Of a stretch of DNA of 64,000 bases, positions 63,730 through 64,000 are shown piece after piece. The stretch covers positions 76,074,001 to 76,138,000 of the forward strand of contig NC_043000.1 in NCBI RefSeq assembly GCF_006345805.1, given 5' to 3'. Each line of letters begins with the position of its first letter. Position 1 is the stretch's first letter. Origin of the DNA: Octopus sinensis. Lineage: Eukaryota. The notes under the pieces are model-generated. The model ran no database searches. It was not told the origin of the DNA and saw only the letters and a list, made by a program, of their open reading frames with translations. The translations under genes and the position numbers were made by a program.

Positions 63730-64000
63730 GACTGAGGTCTGGAATGCTAGCAGGCTCCAATCTGATCTGGCAATGTTTCAACAGCTGAATGTCCTTCCTA
63801 ATGCCAAGCACTCCAAGAGTGTAGTGGGTGCATTTTACATGCCACCAGCACAGGAGCCAGTGAAGAAGGCCTGGCATTGATCACATTCAGATAGTGCTTT
63901 TTACATGCCACAGGCATAGGAGCCAGTCAAGTGACACTGTCATCAGCCACATTCACATGGTACTTTTAACGTGCCATTGGTACAGTCAGGCGTACCTAGT
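63730..64000 (-). mobile_element. Diverged copy of the RTE 3' UTR repeat
   Basis: Similar to 59030-59270 (caggctccaatctgatctggcaatg...gtagtgggtgcattttacatgccacc). Confidence 0.6.

Overview
AT-rich, microsatellite-saturated animal genomic DNA. The repeat families look octopus-like to me, but that is recognition from memory, not a database result. The only host-gene signal I can support is the last two coding exons of UFL1 on the minus strand (47442-47653 and 36448-36608), which splice in frame to a stop. The rest is mostly transposon-derived. (1) A Penelope-like element (PLE) hotspot at about 4-12 kb contains several fold-back palindromes and at least four distinct hammerhead ribozyme motifs, two of them U3-A8 core variants with palindromic short stem III. 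(2) A decayed Mag-like Ty3/Gypsy element at 14.5-19.1 kb carries two nested SINEs. (3) A three-LTR tandem dimer of a defective CsRn1-type Ty3/Gypsy element spans 20667-31651 inside one CATG target-site duplication. (4) Other elements include two CR1-group LINEs, two RTE LINEs (one near full length, with a PHD finger after the RT and a tandem ETS/G-rich array near its 5' end), mariner/Tc1 relics, a Tigger-like MITE, two non-autonomous Helitrons and many tRNA-derived SINEs. All structures were read by eye. Boundaries of old elements are approximate, and the identical tandem LTR dimer and the fold-backs could partly be assembly artefacts.
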